A stretch of DNA of 64,000 bases, taken from assembly GCA_963575745.1 (NCBI GenBank), contig CAUYUJ010000002.1:248001-312000 (forward strand), written 5' to 3'. Source of the DNA: Prorocentrum cordatum (taxonomy: Eukaryota). How positions within the stretch are numbered: the first letter of the stretch is position 1; every line of letters begins with the position of its first letter. The notes under the pieces were generated by a model. The model saw only the letters and a list, made by a program, of their open reading frames with translations, ran no database searches and was not told where the DNA came from. Shown one piece after another: positions 11,611 through 24,861 of the stretch. The translations under genes were made by a program, and so were the position numbers.

Positions 11611-13179
11611 CAAGGGAGCCTCAGGGGGGGATACCGGTTGGCCTGGGACATTGTGATTTCATGTTCAGGATGGACATGTGGTCAGAATCATATGTGATTT
11701 ACATACCCGAAAGGGGGGGGGCGATAACTCCGGGGGGGGGGTAGAGTCTATTCTGTTTTTAGAAAGGAGAGCCTTGGTGGTGCAATCTACGTTGTTCCAT
11801 ATACTTGGTGCAATTTGCGTGGAACAGTTTCGGCTGTGCAACCTAGATTGTGCAATCTGCATGGTGCAGTCCAAGTGGTACAATATTTGCGCTGTTGCCC
11901 ATGATGTGCAATCTTCTATTTACGTGTACGTTGTGAAATATACGTGCGGCAATACATGTGGTGTCCGCTAGGTGGTGCAAGATATGTGGTGCAGTATGTG
12001 TTGAATAATCTTTATGGTGCAGCCTATATGGCGCAATTAGTTTGGAAAAACTTTGGAATTGTGAATTCCATAGTTCGCGCAATCATCCCGCCCACCTTTC
12101 CGCAACTTGGTTTGCAGAGTCTCTGCGGCGGCGGTTGCCATGATTGCTTGGTGTTGGATGGCGCGTCTCTGCAGAACGCAGCTCCTGAGGAGCGCTAAGC
12201 CGCGCATGCTCGCGCACACAGCGGCCAGCTAGTTTTGCGCGACCGAATCAATCGCGGTGGCGCTAACCGTTGGGCACCTCCCAGCGGGCACTTCAGTGCG
12301 AATCGGTGGCTCGGGCGGACGCGGTCTCATGGCGGCGTCGGCAACATTGCGATGATGGCTACGATGTTGACGATGACGACGGCAAGACCACTGACGGCGC
12401 CGATGGTGATCACGCCGGTGACGATGACGGCACTTTCGGGTCGGCGATGAAGTTTTTGGACGGATTTCGACGCGCGCGCGGCAGACGCGCGCGAGTGGCC
12501 CGCATTTTATGAGTTGACAAGGATCGCGCTCCCCCGCACCCCGCACGCAGGGGCCTTTTGAGGATTTTGTCATACGGCCGAATGCCCGCTTGGTCGAGCT
12601 CGATAGCCACGTTGGCAAACCTATGATTTGTTAATCTCCATTCGCAAAAGCACGCTCGCAGAACGTTTCTTTGATAGCTCGCGGTGCGATTGATTTTCAA
12701 ACCCGTGCGGCTCCCAGGTTTGTTGAACAGTTTCGGCACGCGCGCGCAACGGCGCGCGCGTGCCGAAAACATTCAACTATTTGATGAACCTGTCGGTGAA
12801 CGTATAGCATCTGATGACCAGGTCGAAACAATTATGGCGTCCTTGCGAAGTTGCTGGAGCAATAGCACAGGTTTTGATGAACATTTTTGTTTCGAAACCG
12901 TTGAATTTTGATGTGCGTTCGGGGCGTTCGATTTCGCAATCCATGCGGAACCTGAGTTCTCCGGTTTTTTACGGATTTCGGTATATGTGCGCGCGACGAC
13001 GTGAGCGCGTGCACTTCGCTTTTTGGTTGCAGGCTGTTTTTGCGCCGGCACGCACGCGAATGCGTTCGAATAGTTTCGTCATGCGCGCGCGAGGGGCGCG
13101 CTTGGATAATACTGATGTCATTGGTTTGTCATATATTGAATCGCTTCGCTCATTCCGCCGGCCCGTATTGTGCCATCGC

Positions 13180-14887
13180 GGGGTCTTGGAGGGTCTTGGG
13201 AGCCCTTGGAAACTTCGTGGGATATTCTTGGGAACTTTGGGAGGCCTCGTGGATGGCTCTGGGTGGGCCCTCTTGGTGGTCTCTTGGGGTGGTCTGCCTG
13301 GCCTCTTGGGGGCCTCCTGGGAGCTTCCTGGGGGTCTCTTGGGGGCCTCTTGGGGTTTTCTTGCGGCCTGTTGGGGGCCTCTTGGGGCTCTCTTGGGGGC
13401 TTCGTGGGGTTACCTGGGAGCTTGTAGGGGCATTTCGGGGGCGTGTTTGGTCGGGAAGCTCAAAATTTCCGTTCAGGTTGCCCATGTGGACCTCAATCAT
13501 GGGGCCGTCTTGGGGCCTCTTGGACCGTCTTGAGGGTTTCTTGGGCCTTCTTGGAGCGCTCTTGGGCCGTCTTTGAGCGGGAGGGTCTCTCGGGCCGTCT
13601 TGGGGTGATCTTGGGGGCCTCTTGGACCGCCTTTGGGGTTCCCTTGCGAAGGGCGCATGCCGTTCAGGTTGTGTGGTCATGGGGCCGTCTTGGGGCCTCT
13701 TGGACCGTCTTGAGGGTTTCTTGGGCCTTCTTGGAGCGCTCTTGGGCCGTCTTTGAGCGGTCTAGAGGGTCTCTCGGGCCGTCTTGGGGTGATCTTGGGG
13801 GCCTCTTGGACCGCCTTGAAAGGTGTGAAAGACGAGAGGCGGATATGTTAAAAATGCACGTTTTCCTAAGGGAATGAGACGAGTTTTGCTTGTGGGAGCC
13901 GTTTTGAGGCCATCGTAGGCGCTTGGGGGTGATATTTCGGCGTCTCCCGGCTCTCTTGGACCGTCTGGAGGGCTTCTCGGGCCCCTCTTGGACCGATTTG
14001 GAGCCCTCCTGGGTTCCGAAAAAGAGTTCTTGAGGGTTTCTTGGGCCTTCTTGGAGCGCTCTTGGGCTGTCTTTGAGCGGTCTAGATCTTGGGGTGATCT
14101 TGGGGGCCTCTTGGGGTTTTCCTAAGGGAATGAGACGATTTTTGTGGGAGCCCTCTTGGGACGCCGTCTAGGGTCTCTTGGGGCGTCTTGAAGGCCTGTT
14201 GGGCCGTCTTGAGGCCATCGTAGGCGTTTGGGAGTGATATTTCGGCGTCTCCCGGCTCTCTTGGACCGTCTGGAGGGCTTCTCGGGCCCCTCTTGGACCG
14301 ATTTGGAGCCCTCCTGGGCTCCGAAAAAGAGTTCTTGAGGGTTTCTTGGGCCTTCTTGGAGCGCTCTTGGGCCGTCTTTGAGCGGTCTAGAGGGTCTCTC
14401 GGGCCGTCTTGGGGTGATCTTGGGGGCCTCTTGGACCGCCTTGAAAGGTGTGAAAGACGAAGAGGCGGATATGTTAAAAATGCACGTTTTCCTAAAATGG
14501 GAAAGACTTGTGGGAAAACGCCGCTTAGGGACCTCTTGGGGCGTCTTGAAGGCCTGTTGGGCCGTCTTGAGGCCATCGCAGGCGTTTGGGAGTGATATTT
14601 CGGCGTCTCCCGGCTCTCTTGGACCGTCTGGAGGGCTTCTCGGGCCTCTCTTGGACCGTTTGGAGCCCTCCTGGGCTCCGAAAAGGGACCTTGCCAGGAC
14701 CTTGCCAGGACCTTGCCTGGACCTTGCCGGGACCTTGCCGGGACCTTGCCAGGACCTTGCCGGGACCTTGCCGGGGTACTTCTCGTCCGGGGACCCCCAG
14801 GGCCCGCCCCGCGCGCGCGAACTAGAAATATTGTTGAGCAGTTACCGGAGATCTTAGCACGCCTCTGGCCCGTTGGGCCGGCGAATT
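13180..14887. repeat. CTCTTGGG-rich repeat block with near-identical internal duplications, an 11-bp minisatellite and a terminal hairpin
   Basis: TCATGGGGCCGTCTTGGGGCCTCTTGGACC... occurs at ~13497 and ~13677. GTGATATTTCGGCGTCTCCCGGCTC occurs three times. (GGACCTTGCCN)x8 lies at ~14686-14773. Confidence 0.85.
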
Positions 14888-16758
14888 TTCGCGGTGCTCG
14901 ATAGGGGAGTCCTTACCACATTTCATATGTTCGCATGATTTTGGCATGTGCGCGACATCGTGCGCTCTTGTTTTTTTGCAGGGGGGGTGGTTGACAGCAC
15001 GCGCGCAAGGGCATTCGATTGATTTGGGCACGCGCGCAAAAAAATGCTCGCTTGGTTTAATTCGATGAACATGTTGAACCAACCGTTCCCTTGGAATTCG
15101 CAAGAACCCGGGCGCAGGCTTTCTGAACATGCCTGGTGCGATGCAGTAATTGAATTCAAGTGCATATACTCGGTTGTGGTTTTCGTCGCAACTGTTTGAT
15201 TGGAGCTTTGAGAGAAACGCAGTCGACTATAACATGGGGGAGGTCTATACCGGCCTGGCTGTGATGGTATTTTTCGTGTTCAAAAGTAGCGATGGGGCAG
15301 AATCGTATGTACACTGCACAACCCCAGGGGGGGGCGGAAAACTCCGTCGTCAGGAGGGTCCTTCATTTGAATATTCACTCGATGTCATTCCTCAGATGAC
15401 CGACGGGACACTAACGAGACACCAACGGGACACCACAGGACACCACGGAGGGACACCCAGGGTCACCGCGCGCCCACGGGGGGCGGAGGGGCGGCCCTCT
15501 GCATCCGAATCGCCCCCGCGACGGCGGGGTCATTCCTCTCGCGCGCCCGCGTAGGTTCGCCTGGCTCGCACGCGCAGCACGAGCGCGAAAGCCGAACTGA
15601 TTTCCCGGTGTGGCGCGCTACCTCCCTTTGCGATCCCACCCCGTATTTCCGATTCGGGTCATGGGGGGCCAGCACCCGCCGCCTCTTCTTAACCCCAGCT
15701 CTTGTTGTTGGTCTCAGTTCCACCATTTCCTTCGGCGCTGTTTTTGTTCATTGTGTGTGTGTGTCGAACTGGCCCATACGGTGTGGTGACCAACACCGTG
15801 GTGGGATTTGAGTCGTTCTTCGAGGATGTCTCGGGCGACTGAGTCCCCCACGGTCCTAAGGCCGATTTGGGACGGACCGTGGGGTGAGGTCTGTGGGATT
15901 TTGAGGTCGCCGCAAGGTCTATCACCGCACCGTTTCGCTGACCCCCCAGTGTGCGTGTGTGTGTGTGTGTTTATGTGTGTGTGTGTGTGAAAATGTGTGT
16001 ATGTGTGTGTTTGTGTATCTCCTCCGCCCCACCCCCCTCCACCACTTTTCGCGCACCTCTTACACGTTTCGTCCGCGGCAGTAATCCGCTCGCTCTCTGA
16101 GTGCGCGCCTGTCACCTCCTTCGGCGCTGTCCTCGCTGTCGCTTGTAGCCGTGCGGGTTCCTTACCCCCGTCGTCGAGTCGGCTTCTCTCTCGTCCCTTT
16201 CCATGACCAGATGGTACATCGTGCGGTCCTGTGCTGAGGCCGGCGCGCGCGGACTCCCACTCGTTGTGTTTGCTTTTAGCCTCGTCGCTGCGGGCGGGGC
16301 CTCGATCGCAAAACAACAAAGTGTTTGTGTGTGTGCGTGTGTTCCCGTTTCCGCCGTTTTCAGTTCGTTTTCCCGTCGTTCCTTGACGCTCTCCTCGTCG
16401 GTCCACACTGGCTTACTCGCTCGCCCCGCCTTCATCCCCAGTTGGCTTATGTGACCTTCCACCATCACCCCAGCTTCGTCTACTCATCGCCCCTCCCTGC
16501 CATCCAGGCCCAGATGGGTATGGCTGCTGCCGGGTGCGAGACCCAAGGTGTTCTGTGAAAGCTCGGCCCGTCGTAGACGCGCGCACTCCACTGCCTGCGC
16601 TCGGTTTTCTACGGCCCGTCGCCGCGCGCGGGGCCGCGACGCCAGAAAAGATGTGTGTGTGTGTGTGTGTCTGTAACTATGTCGGCGTGGTGTCGGTGTC
16701 GGTGTTTGCGTCTGTGTCTGTGTCTGTGTCTCCGTGTGTGTTTCCCGGGTCGTGGCAG

Positions 16759-16851
16759 GCCCTCGTGTCCGCCACCGACCTGCGTGGCTGGGCGCCCGGC
16801 CCGCCGCTGCTTGTGCCCGTGGTGGTCCGCGCCCCGGTCGCGGCGCGGCTG
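16759..16851 (+). CDS. Putative exon B of the same gene
   Basis: CAG|G acceptor and CTG|GC donor. Encodes ALVSATDLRGWAPGPPLLVPVVVRAPVAARL (93 nt). Confidence 0.5.
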
Positions 16852-17105
16852 GCGCCGCGCCCGCCGCAGCGGTTCCGCCGCCCCGCGCCGCAACCCGCCA
16901 GCCGCCGCCACGCGTCCGTGCGCCGCCCGTCCTGCCGCGCCATCTCCGATGCCGTCGCAGCCCTTCGTCGACGTCTCCCGCCGCCCTTCGTCGACGTCTC
17001 CCGCCGCCCTTTTGCGACGTCTCCCGCCGCCCGCCGCCGCCGCCAGCCGCCGCTCGCCACGCCGCCGCTGCCGCCGCCTTCATCGTCTTCGTCGCCGTGG
17101 TGGTG

Positions 17106-17136
<31 letters not shown>

Positions 17137-18299
17137 GACGCGTCGTCGTAGTCGGCCGCGGGAGCCGCGTCGTCGTCACGTTGCCCCTCCCTCTCTTCTC
17201 TTTCCTGTCCCGCCTCCTTGTGTTCGTCTTGGTCCTGATCCTGTTCCTGCCATCCTTCTCATCATCAGTCGTGTCCGTGTCCTAGGTATCCTCGTTTCCC
17301 TCCTTTGCCTACTCGAGCTCCTTCTCCTCCTGCCCGTGCCTTCTCTCTCCTCCCCTCCCCGTCCTCCTCCGTCTTCTCTCCTTTCGATCCTCTTATCCTC
17401 TTACGCGGCACGCGCGGCTGGGCAACGCAGGGGTTAAGGAAAGTTCGGAGGGCAAGCTCTCGGAAGGAAAGCCTTCCGATCCTCTTACGCGGCACGCGCG
17501 GCTGGGCAACGCATTGATTCAACAAGTTCGGAGGGCGAGCGCTGGGAAGGAAAGGGAGGCAGCGAGTGAGGAGGATATGGGGATGGAAGGACGGGCGACC
17601 TTCAGCAACATTTACTGCCCGCGCTTCCCTTAAGTGGCTTCTCCTCCTCCTCCTCCTCCTCCTCCTCCTCCTCCTCCTCCCCTCCTCCTAGTAGCGGTGG
17701 TGCACGGCGCTCAGCAGGGCAGCGCCCATACGACAAACGCGTCGTTCGGTGATGCCTAGCAGCCAGTTTCGCACTCCTAGGGAGTCTGGTTTCAAGAAGT
17801 TTACGAAGTTGAGCTGAGTATGAGCCTGAGTCTGCTTCCCCCCCTCCGCTCAGCATCGTCAAACCTGCTCCCATTCCCACTGGGCTATAGGATCTCAACC
17901 ACACCAGGCCACCCTCCTCTGGGTATGTGCCCCGCGAACCCCGAAGGAGCGCCGCGCCTGAGGTGTGGGAGGCAGGCAGTGGGGCCAAGGCCAGCCCAGG
18001 TGATCGTTTTCTTATTCATTGTTTTGCCGATCGGCGCGGGCCCTCGCCCCCCCCCCATGGAGTAGCTCTTGAGCTCTTGATTGTTTGTTGGCGCCTGTTT
18101 CGAGCAGGTGGAGTCCCCATAGGACGCACTGTTTCAAACAGTCGCTCTAGGCAGAGGTCCGGAGCCAGACCCCCCCCCTCCCCCCCCTTCCGCCCGATGT
18201 CGAAACGCCGAACAAGAAAAGGCTCACCGGAGCGCAGCCCGAAGAAGCGCGCCTGAGATGGGGAAGTCAGGCAGTGGGGCCAAGGCCACGCCAGAGCGC

Positions 18300-19490
18300 A
18301 TAGGAGGAGGAGGAGGAGGAGGAGGAGGAGGAGGATGAGAGAGGAGGAGGAGGAGGAGGAGGAGGAGAGGGGGAGGAGAGGAGGAGGAGGATGAGGAGGA
18401 GGAGGAGGAGGAGGAAGGAGGAGGGGAAGGAGGAGGAGGAGGAGGAGGAGGAGGATGAGGAGGAGGAGGAGGAACGCTGCTCACCCGCCGCCAGTCTGGC
18501 CCTCGGGGCGACGGCCCGCAGCCTCGTGATGCTGGCCGGCAACGGCACCTCGCCGGCGCTGCTGGGCGTTCCCGCGAACTTCAACGTCAGCGCCGCCTCG
18601 TCCCACCCGTCGGTGCTGGCCGTGGAGGTCGAGGCGCCAGAGGAGGAGGAGGAGGAGGAGGAGGAGGAGGAGGAGGAGGAGGAGGAGGAGGAGGAGGAGG
18701 AGGAGGAGGAGGAGGAGGAGGAGGAGGAGGAGGAGGAGAGGAGAGAGGAGGAGGAGGGGGAGGAGCAGGAGGAGGAGGAGCAGGAGGAGGAGGAGGAGGA
18801 GGGGGAGGGGGGGAGTGAGGAGGAGGAGGAGAGGAGGAGGAGGAGGGGAGGAGGAGGAGGAGGAGGAGGAGAGGAGGAGGGATGAGAGGAGGAGGAGTAG
18901 GAGGAGGAGGAAGGAGGAGGAGGAGCTGGAGGAGGAGGAGGAGAGAAAAAGAGAAAAAAGGAACAGGAGGAGGAGAAAAAGGAGGAGGAGGAGGAGGAGG
19001 AGGAGGAGGAGGAGGAGGAGAGGAGGAGGAGGAGGAGGAAGGAGGAGGAGGCGGCGCTGCTCCGCCCGCGGGGGCACGGCGGCAGCACGGGCTCTGCAAA
19101 GCTCGGAGGAGGGCCAGAGTCGAACCAGCGGCGGCTTTCTCCGGCGTTTTTGTTTCCGCTCCAGAGGGCCTCCCGGAGGCTGGCAACAGCTGGATCCGCC
19201 ACGAGGCGGTCCCTGGGATCCGACGCTCCCTTCGGCTCATTCCTTCTTCTCCTCCTCGATCCTCCTCCTCCTCCTCCTCCTCCTCCTCGTTCGTCCTCCT
19301 CCTTGTTCCTCCTCCTCCTCCTCCTTCTCCTCCTCCTCGTTCGTCCTCCTCCTCGTTCCTCCTCCTCCTCCTCCTCCTCCTTATCCTCCTCGTTTCTCCT
19401 CGTCTCTCCTCCTCGTTCCTCCTCCTCCTCGTTCCTCCTCCTCATCCTCGTTTCTCCTCCTCGTTCCTCCTCCTCCTCCTCCTCGTCCTG
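18300..19490. repeat. (GAG)n tracts followed by a (CCT)n tract
   Basis: Direct reading; encloses putative exon C. Confidence 0.95.
18472..18633 (+). CDS. Putative exon C of the same gene
   Basis: 162 nt of GC3-rich coding-like DNA between two (GAG)n tracts. Encodes ERCSPAASLALGATARSLVMLAGNGTSPALLGVPANFNVSAASSHPSVLAVEVE, with a Big_2-like SS.PSV motif and sequons NGT and NVS. GAG|GC donor. Confidence 0.6.
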
Positions 19491-22400
19491 GGAGGGGTCC
19501 GGGTCTGAGGACCAGCCTTAAGCGGACCAAGCGGGAGAACCACCGTCGTCTCAAGTGGCCCACGTCCGACATCTTGCTTGCAAGGCGCGCGGGTTCGCGA
19601 CGGCCCCCCCCTCCATGCGACATCGACGCGCTCCGTCGCCACGTCGGGCGGCACTGGCGCCACCTTTCGGGGGGCCCTCCCCCCGATCCTTGGGTCTGGC
19701 GCCCGCGCGCCGGATGCACAGATGCGCAGTCCATGTCGGCGCGCGCCCGACGGAAGGGCAGGGGGTGCGCGCCGCCGCGAGGGTGCGAAGTCAGTCGCGC
19801 TTCGCGCCTCGCTGTCTGGGCGATGTCGGAGCAAGGCACGAGGCCCTCATCCGGGTCCAGGGGGGAGGGGAGGCGGCTGTGAGAAAGCGCGAGAATAGCT
19901 GCCCCAGGGGATGGGGGCGAGGGGGAGGGCGGAGGGAGTGGAAGGGCTTGGCACCTCACAGGCGTGTGCATTTTTGTTGTCGGCGAGGACGCTGGGACCA
20001 TCGATGAGCATCTCAGAGCACCTTGCAACGAACATAGGCACGACATCGAGCACTGCACGGGGGAGGGACGTCCGAGCGATGGCAAGAGGCGTAGGGGGCG
20101 GTGAAGGGTGCTGGAGAGGGGTGGGAGGTGTTGGAGCGAGAGGGGGGGAGCAGGGGCGGGGGGGAGGAGCCGACGAGCAGAGGGAGGAGGCGAAGGAACT
20201 GGAGGAGGAGGAGGCGGCGGAATTGGAGGAGGAGGAGGAGGAGGAGGAGGAGGAGGAGGAGGAGGAGGGGGACCACCGCACGTCTTCGGGAAGAAGTTCG
20301 GCTTCGCTCGGGCGACTCAGGCGCCTGAGCGGCATCACTTGGGGGCTGCTTGCCTGATGGGGATCGGGTCTCGGTGCACCACTTATGTCTCCTCTTTGAG
20401 CTCTTCGGGTGTCGCCCGCTGCCAGTGGAGGTCCCACGGACATCGGCTACAGGAGGAGGAGGAGGAGGAGGAGGAGGAGGAGGAGGAGGAGGAGGAGGAG
20501 GAGGAACTGGACGAGGATGATGTGGATGAGAGAACGGAAGGCGACGGAAGGCGGAGCGGCAGGAGGAAGGCACAGGGGAGGGGGGAGGGAGGGGAGACGA
20601 GGGGCACGGCGGGGGGGGTCGGAGGAACGGGAGGGGGGAGGGACGGGCCGCGAGAGGAGGGAGAGGAGCCGCCAGGAATGTGGCGCAGAAGGGCGCAGGA
20701 GGAGAGGGAGAGCGGGTTGGAGCAGGACGGGGAGGTGGCCTTTGGAGCTGTGCTCGTCTGCTTCCCCTCCCCCCCTCTGCCCCGTTGCACCCCTCGTCCT
20801 TCCTCAATCCTCCCTCGTCGTTCCTCCTCCCTCCTCCCTCCTGCCCCCCTCGTCCTTCATTTCTTCTTTCCTCCCTTTCTCGCTCTCTCCATCTCCCTTT
20901 CCTCCCTTTCTCCCGTCCCTTTCCTCCTCCCTTTCTCCCTTGTCGTGGTACCACTCCTCCCGCCCCTCCACCCTCCCTGCCTCCGTTAGTCCCATCTTGC
21001 CTCCCTCTTCGTTTCTTCTCTGCTTTCATTGCTCTGGGTCTGGCCGTGGTGCCGGTGGTTGCGTTCCAAAGTGTTGTTTTCGATTGAGACATTCCCCCTC
21101 AGTGCTTGCACTGAAGGGGTCCTAGTGGATATTGAAAGATTTGGCGAAAGTTTCCCGCCGATTTTGGTGGCCAGCTAGGTTTCCGGGTTCCGGTTCCGGG
21201 TATCCCACGATTCATTATCGATCTCATGATCGATCTCACTACTCATCTCACTACTCATCTCACTCAATCGATCTCACCATCGACCTCATCAAACCATCCA
21301 CTGATTTAGGTTGTTTTTCTCTGGTGTAAGTAGTTATCATGTGTTGTGGTTCCATGCTCCGAATTATGCAAAATTTCACGGATGGAGGGTGGGCTGGCTA
21401 TTTATAACATTAGCAAGGGTCCAGATGGCAAACACGACAGAGGGCGAACAAGTTCTAAGTCTCTCGAGAATTCCCGGCTCGAGCATCTCGTGGGAAATCT
21501 CGAAAACATTTCCAGGCTGTACAATCTCCAGGGAAATCTCTTTCACATCTCCGCGTTGCAGGAATATGTGGAACATCGCAGGAACATCTCTGGCGTACCG
21601 AAATCTCCGGTAAATCTCCTACAAGTCGCCAGCGTGTAGATTTGTTATGGAACATCTCTGGACATTTACGGAACATTTGCTGCGGAGATTTCGTTTGAGA
21701 TTTTAGAGGCGCGAAGATGTTTTGGAGAGTCGCCGGAAGATTTGTGAGGCCCGAGGGTGTTTCGGGGATTCGACGGAAGGTATTGTAGGCGCGAAGATGT
21801 TTTGGAGATTCGCCGGATGATTTTTTCGCTGATTGGAGATTCGTGGGAATTCGCGGACTGTATTGTTTGCCATCATCGGCCCAGTGACAAATTCTAAGGT
21901 GTGTAGATCTCTCTTGAGCCCTCCGCGGACTTGAGGACGAGAGTTGATGTTCTGCAGCGCTCACACGGGTGAGGGAGATCATTCTCGAAACGTGGTTGTC
22001 GTTGGGTTCTTCGATCGATTTCATGACCCTAATTACCCTTTTGCATTTCCGTTCGCCAGGAGGCTGGAATGTGGATTCTTTCGTCTTGCGTGCACTCATG
22101 GAATTCTCACTTGTGCTTCTGAGCAACAGGGTGTGCCTGCTCGGGTTTTCACCTCGTGCCCGCTCGTAGTCGCCTCGTGCCCGCCAGTGGGCGCCTCGCG
22201 GGCGCTCCGTGCGCTGATTGGCTTTCCCGAGGTTTCGCCACGTTCTCGTTCGTGGGCGTCCGTCCCGTGCTTGCTCGTGGTTGCCTCGTGGGTCGGGGTC
22301 GGCAAAGAGGGGGGGGTGATGACAAGCCAGGTGCGCTCGCGCCATATCTGACGCCCTACCCCTCCCTGCCATCCCTGACCGTGGCGCAGATCTCCTCTCC

Positions 22401-24762
22401 GTTCGCACAATCGGATGTCGCAGCACGGCACAGCATCACGTGGCATGGCGTGGTGTTGGAGATCAGCGCACGATGCCTGCCATGGCATAATGTGGCAACG
22501 CCCCAAAGGGGGGGGGGAGGGGCTTTGCGGCCCGCCCGTGGGCTCGTCGAAGGGCGCCCCCCTGCGCAGGGCGGGTCCCCCGAGGTGTGGTGGCCGTGCC
22601 CCCCCCCGTGGCGCTCCGTGCGCCCTGGTGGGCTGTCGGAGGTCTCGACGCGCTCCCTCGCTCGTGGGGCGGCCCGTGCGGGGCTCGGCTCGCCTCCTCC
22701 GACTCGATTCGGCTCGATTTCGAAGGTTTCCGATGGGGCTCCAGATGATTTCGATTCGCCTCGAGTTCGATTCGACTCGATGGCTTCCTTCGATTCGATT
22801 GCGATGATGTCGATTCGATTCGGCTTCAGATTCCGATTTGGGCTCCAATGTTTCAATGGATGCGCACCAGCCTGCCGATTTCCGCCGGTCCGACTCCTCC
22901 CGACCTGGCTGCCGATTTCTCCGCCGGTCCGATTCGTCTCGGTCGCCGATCCGACTTGCCGATTCGATGCTGGTCTCGCCCGCCCGTGCCTGCTCGTGGG
23001 CGCCTCGTGGTTTACGCCACGGAGCTCGCAGCTCACACCACATAGCTTACACCGCCTAGCTTGGCCTTTGCATAGCTTACGCCACATGGCCGAGACCGCA
23101 CAGCTCACACCGCATAGTTTTCCCCATCGGCAGTGCAGTGCGTGGCTGCCACAAGCGTTGCCTTGGAAGTTCTCACGGGGAGGTGCGCACATGTGCACGC
23201 AAAGACCGCGTGACCTCATAGCCCCAAAGTGGTATCACTCGGGCTCCAGGCCACCGACGATGACCTCCAAGCGAAACTGAGATGACCCCATGGCCCGACA
23301 TGATCCCGACAGGTCATCTTGAGAGTCTCAGGCTGCCTATGCAATGACCCATCTGATGAGCAGTGGGCGATGCCGATTCGGCCCCAAGGCGAGAATGGAC
23401 CCAGGCACATCAAGGGCGACTCCAACCAAACTGACTGAGCGACGCCCACACAATCCAAACATGACGCGAGTGCGACCTGAACACGACCTGACGACAACTC
23501 CAAGATGCACCCGGTATCGTTTGCAAGTCGACGCAGTGGGCGGTCCCGCGACCTGCACATCATTCGAAGTTGATCTCAAGATGACCCCGTATGGCTTCAA
23601 GAGGCCCTGACGAGGGTTCCGTGGCGACAGGACGGCGCGCGCATCGCCTGAAGATGGCACCAAGACGTCCCCACCGCAGCAGGAGATCGTGAACTGATAT
23701 AATTCCCAGCTTGCGTCGAGCCGATCCCAACATGGTGGGATCCTTCAAGGGCCCGGGATTTTGGTTCACTATATTTTATAACGGGTGGGATTTTGATTTG
23801 GCTGAAGCAAGGTTACGATATTTAGAGAGAGGCTATGCTCGGCGGGATCCCGCCCGACCCAGGAAGGACGACAACCTTGCTAAGCTTCTACGCGGGCAAG
23901 GGGTTCGGGAGGCGCACTGTTACTACCGCCAGCGTCCGCCGCCCTCTCGCAATACTTCAGCCGTCTTCCGCGCGGCGAGCGCCATCAGAAAATTCAAGGG
24001 ACTTCCACTGGGCCGATGCAAGCCACTGTTTGGGTTCACGTTGGCTAACCTATGTTAGCTGCAAGGTTGGAAGGTTGTCGTCCTCTGCCTCCCCCCTTCT
24101 CCGCCTCTTTCCACGTTCCCTTACTCCTCCCCTTTCCTCCTTCCTCCCTCCCTCGCTTCCCCATCCCCCTCCTCCCTCTGGACCCCCTCGAGGTCTAGAC
24201 CCCTTCCCCGGGACAGGTTTTCATCCTGGGCCTTTTTTTGACCGCCCTGGGGCCCAGACGACCACAAAACCGTGCATCATTTGTTTGGCGACGAAAGAGA
24301 ATTGGGGTCCGCCTCCTTTTTTCAGGCAAGTGGGCGAGCACAAGCACCCGTGGCGTCAGGACGCCCGCGCACGCGCGGGCGCCAGCAAGCAAGCCAGGAC
24401 AGAGCTCGGAGGCCCAGCGAGATGTGGGACGACCGCCTCCCCAAATCAGCTCCACCCCTCCGCCAGGCAAGGTAAGGTGGACACGAGAGACATGGAGGAG
24501 GAGGAGGAGGAGGAGGAGGAGGAGGACGAGGAGGTGAGGAGGAGGAGGAGGAGGAGGAGGAGGAGGAGGAGGAGGGGAGGAGGAGGAGGAGGAGGATGGG
24601 CAGGAGGAGGCGGAGAAGGCGGAAGAGGCGGAGGATGAGGAGGCGGAGAAGGCGGAGGCGAAGGAGGAGGAGGAGGAGGAGGAGGAGGAGGAGGAGGAGG
24701 AGGAGGAGGGGGAGGACTTCCCCCCCCGCTGACGGGGCCAGCGCAGTGGCCCCGCCTGCCAG

Positions 24763-24861
24763 GATGCCGCCGGCGGCCCCGTCCTGAGACTGCGCGGCGG
24801 CCGTCCGGGCTGCGCCTCCGTGAGCATCGCGGTCGACGCGGTCGTCACCGGCGGCAGCCAG
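24763..24861 (+). CDS. Putative exon D of the same gene
   Basis: CAG|G acceptor and CAG|GC donor. Encodes DAAGGPVLRLRGGRPGCASVSIAVDAVVTGGSQ (99 nt). Confidence 0.55.

Noticed and set aside
12811..12845. Hammerhead ribozyme-like CTGATGA...CGAAAC
   Set aside because: Stem II has no closing pair, and stems I and III do not pair convincingly.
23700..24065. Unique-looking ORF 23711-24058 (also 40337-40702)
   Set aside because: No recognisable motif or reliable splice context, so no call can be supported.
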